NCBI GenBank assembly: GCA_029552125.1 | Contig: JAKPEE010000091.1 | Span: 259-64,258, forward strand | Direction of reading: 5' to 3' | DNA: 64,000 nucleotides | Source: Bacillota bacterium | GTDB taxonomy: Bacteria; Bacillota; Dethiobacteria; DTU022 | In this document: positions 63,002-64,000 of the stretch, piece after piece | Layout: every line of letters starts with the position of its first letter | Position numbering within the stretch: position 1 is the first letter of the stretch | Program-made: the position numbers and the translations under genes | Notes under the pieces: model-generated | What the model saw: the letters and a program-made list of their open reading frames with translations, nothing else | The model's database searches: none | Told to the model about the DNA's origin: nothing

Positions 63002-63937
63002 ATGAGTATCGAGAAGTGTACTTTTCCAGGAAAGAATAACCTTTACTTTCCTGTTACAATAATAACCGGGGTTTGTCGCTCGGGAAAGACGCTTCTTGGC
63101 AATCTACTGGCTACTTGCACTGATGTGGAGTATGCTGATGAGCCTTATACAGGCATGCTTCTGCCCATGGTGGCCCATACCGGTAAACTGGACCAGCAGT
63201 TTGCCGGGGAATGGCTTGCCACTTATTTTTGCGAGCTGTTTAATGATTTGCTGCTGCTCCGGCGGGCTAACTTTCGGCCGGAGGATCTTAGTTCCATATG
63301 GACGAAAAAACAGCCGCAGGAAATTTTTTGGCGGTTAACCAGGCTAAATACACGTCACGATGTTGAGCAGTATGCCCGGGAAAATTGCTCCAAGTTAATT
63401 GTAACCCTTTCGCAATGCCTTCCCTTTATCAAATTTATTATGCAGTCTTTACCGGGAGCAAAAACAGTGCATGTGGTCAGAAAAGGTTATGATGTTGCGG
63501 GTGATGTTGAGGCGAAAAAGTGGTTTTCTGATGAACAACTATTAAGGCCTAAAAATGCGCAACTTTACAGGAAGTACGAATATGCGGGTTCAACCTGGCA
63601 CCTCCCCTGGTGGGTGGATGAGGGCGAGGAAAAATATTTTCTCAGCCTTTCAGATTTTGAACGGGGCCTTTATTATTGGTGGGCTTTAATGAAAAAGGGG
63701 TCGGATGCTCTGCGGGAATGCGACTGTAATGAAATTCTTGTCCATTATGAGGATCTGCTGGATCATCCTGAAGAAGTTTTTAAGCGTGTCTGCCGGGACC
63801 TGGAATTAACCCCGGGGCCTTTATCCGGTATGAAGTTAGCCGAAATCAGGGCTAACAGTAGTATAAACCCGCCCGCCATAGAGCCCAGGCTAAAAAAAAG
63901 GGTACAAGATATATATCTTGAAGTCGGTTATCTTTAA
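63002..63937 (+). CDS. Sulfotransferase-family protein
   Basis: 5'-PSB-like ITGVCRSGKTLLGNLL, the VHVVRKGYDV block, and the C-terminal HYEDLLDHPEEVFKRVCRDLEL typical of PAPS-dependent sulfotransferases. Confidence 0.65.
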   Translation: MSIEKCTFPGKNNLYFPVTIITGVCRSGKTLLGNLLATCTDVEYADEPYTGMLLPMVAHTGKLDQQFAGEWLATYFCELFNDLLLLRRANFRPEDLSSIWTKKQPQEIFWRLTRLNTRHDVEQYARENCSKLIVTLSQCLPFIKFIMQSLPGAKTVHVVRKGYDVAGDVEAKKWFSDEQLLRPKNAQLYRKYEYAGSTWHLPWWVDEGEEKYFLSLSDFERGLYYWWALMKKGSDALRECDCNEILVHYEDLLDHPEEVFKRVCRDLELTPGPLSGMKLAEIRANSSINPPAIEPRLKKRVQDIYLEVGYL

Positions 63938-64000
63938 TATTATTTCGATTAGAAAAAGATAAGGACAGATCAAATGTTCGCCGGTATTTATAAAAAAATA

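Larger units (their letters stand above)
38250..64000. other. Lower-GC glycan biosynthesis island that continues beyond the window end
   Basis: Hand counts give 40/60 G+C in the line starting 37741, 18/60 at 38341 and 21/60 at 39001. All 20 genes are on the + strand, and many have overlapping stop/start codons. Confidence 0.8.

Noticed and set aside
1-64000. CRISPR arrays, tRNA or rRNA genes, transposases, integrases and prophage structural genes
   Set aside because: I scanned all intergenic regions and the ORF track. I found no regularly spaced direct repeats, no cloverleaf-like segments, and no DDE, tyrosine or serine recombinase motifs. The only repeats are those reported at 4.99, 18.5/19.8 and 33.4 kb.

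Overview
This 64-kb chromosomal window is about 60% G+C. It probably comes from a Gram-positive anaerobe of the Clostridia, perhaps Peptococcaceae-like; that is an inference from the tsaE-tsaB-rimI-tsaD operon, murC, a sortase, methyl-corrinoid/THF genes and AbfD-type enzymes.

Bases 1-8.2 kb carry three genes of a Mo-hydroxylase (XDH family), a pyrrolysine-free MttB-family methyltransferase, a methyl-THF:corrinoid methyltransferase, and histidine/formimino-THF genes (cyclodeaminase, formimidoyltransferase, hutI).

At about 8.22-9.87 kb the composition collapses to roughly 25% G+C. A compact three-gene cassette (65, 146 and 273 aa) sits there between two convergent GC-rich genes. Its last protein fuses an unknown N-terminal domain to a TcdE/phage-holin-like 4-TM domain. 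No integrase, phage or endolysin gene is nearby. I consider this the best candidate for an undescribed system, namely a membrane-effector toxin or abortive-infection-like module.

Bases 10-37 kb are core-like:
- MBL hydrolase, lipoproteins, a membrane beta-propeller protein and a single-ORF ManC-phosphohexomutase fusion
- an LhgO-like oxidase flanked by two copies of a 125-bp palindromic element
- an OYE/dienoyl-CoA-reductase-like enzyme, an ABC-F ATPase, an AbfD-like dehydratase and an RND pump
- the tsaEB-rimI-tsaD operon, a five-box DnaA-box cluster directly downstream of tsaD, murC and a sortase

From about 38.3 kb to the window end lies a lower-GC (about 35-48%) glycan island. Its compositional junction falls inside a GT2 gene. 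The island encodes two separate nonulosonic-acid routes:
- an animal-type 9-phosphate synthase with a CMP-synthetase/HAD-phosphatase fusion
- a complete GDP-GlcNAc-type legionaminic-acid-like set with a cytidylyltransferase-SDR fusion

It also encodes GT4 and GT-C glycosyltransferases, an MsbA-like exporter, a Cys-less AsnB-like amidoligase, a methyltransferase, a sulfotransferase and several unknowns.

I found no rRNA, tRNA, CRISPR array or transposase/integrase gene. All functional calls come from motif recognition by eye. No database search was run.
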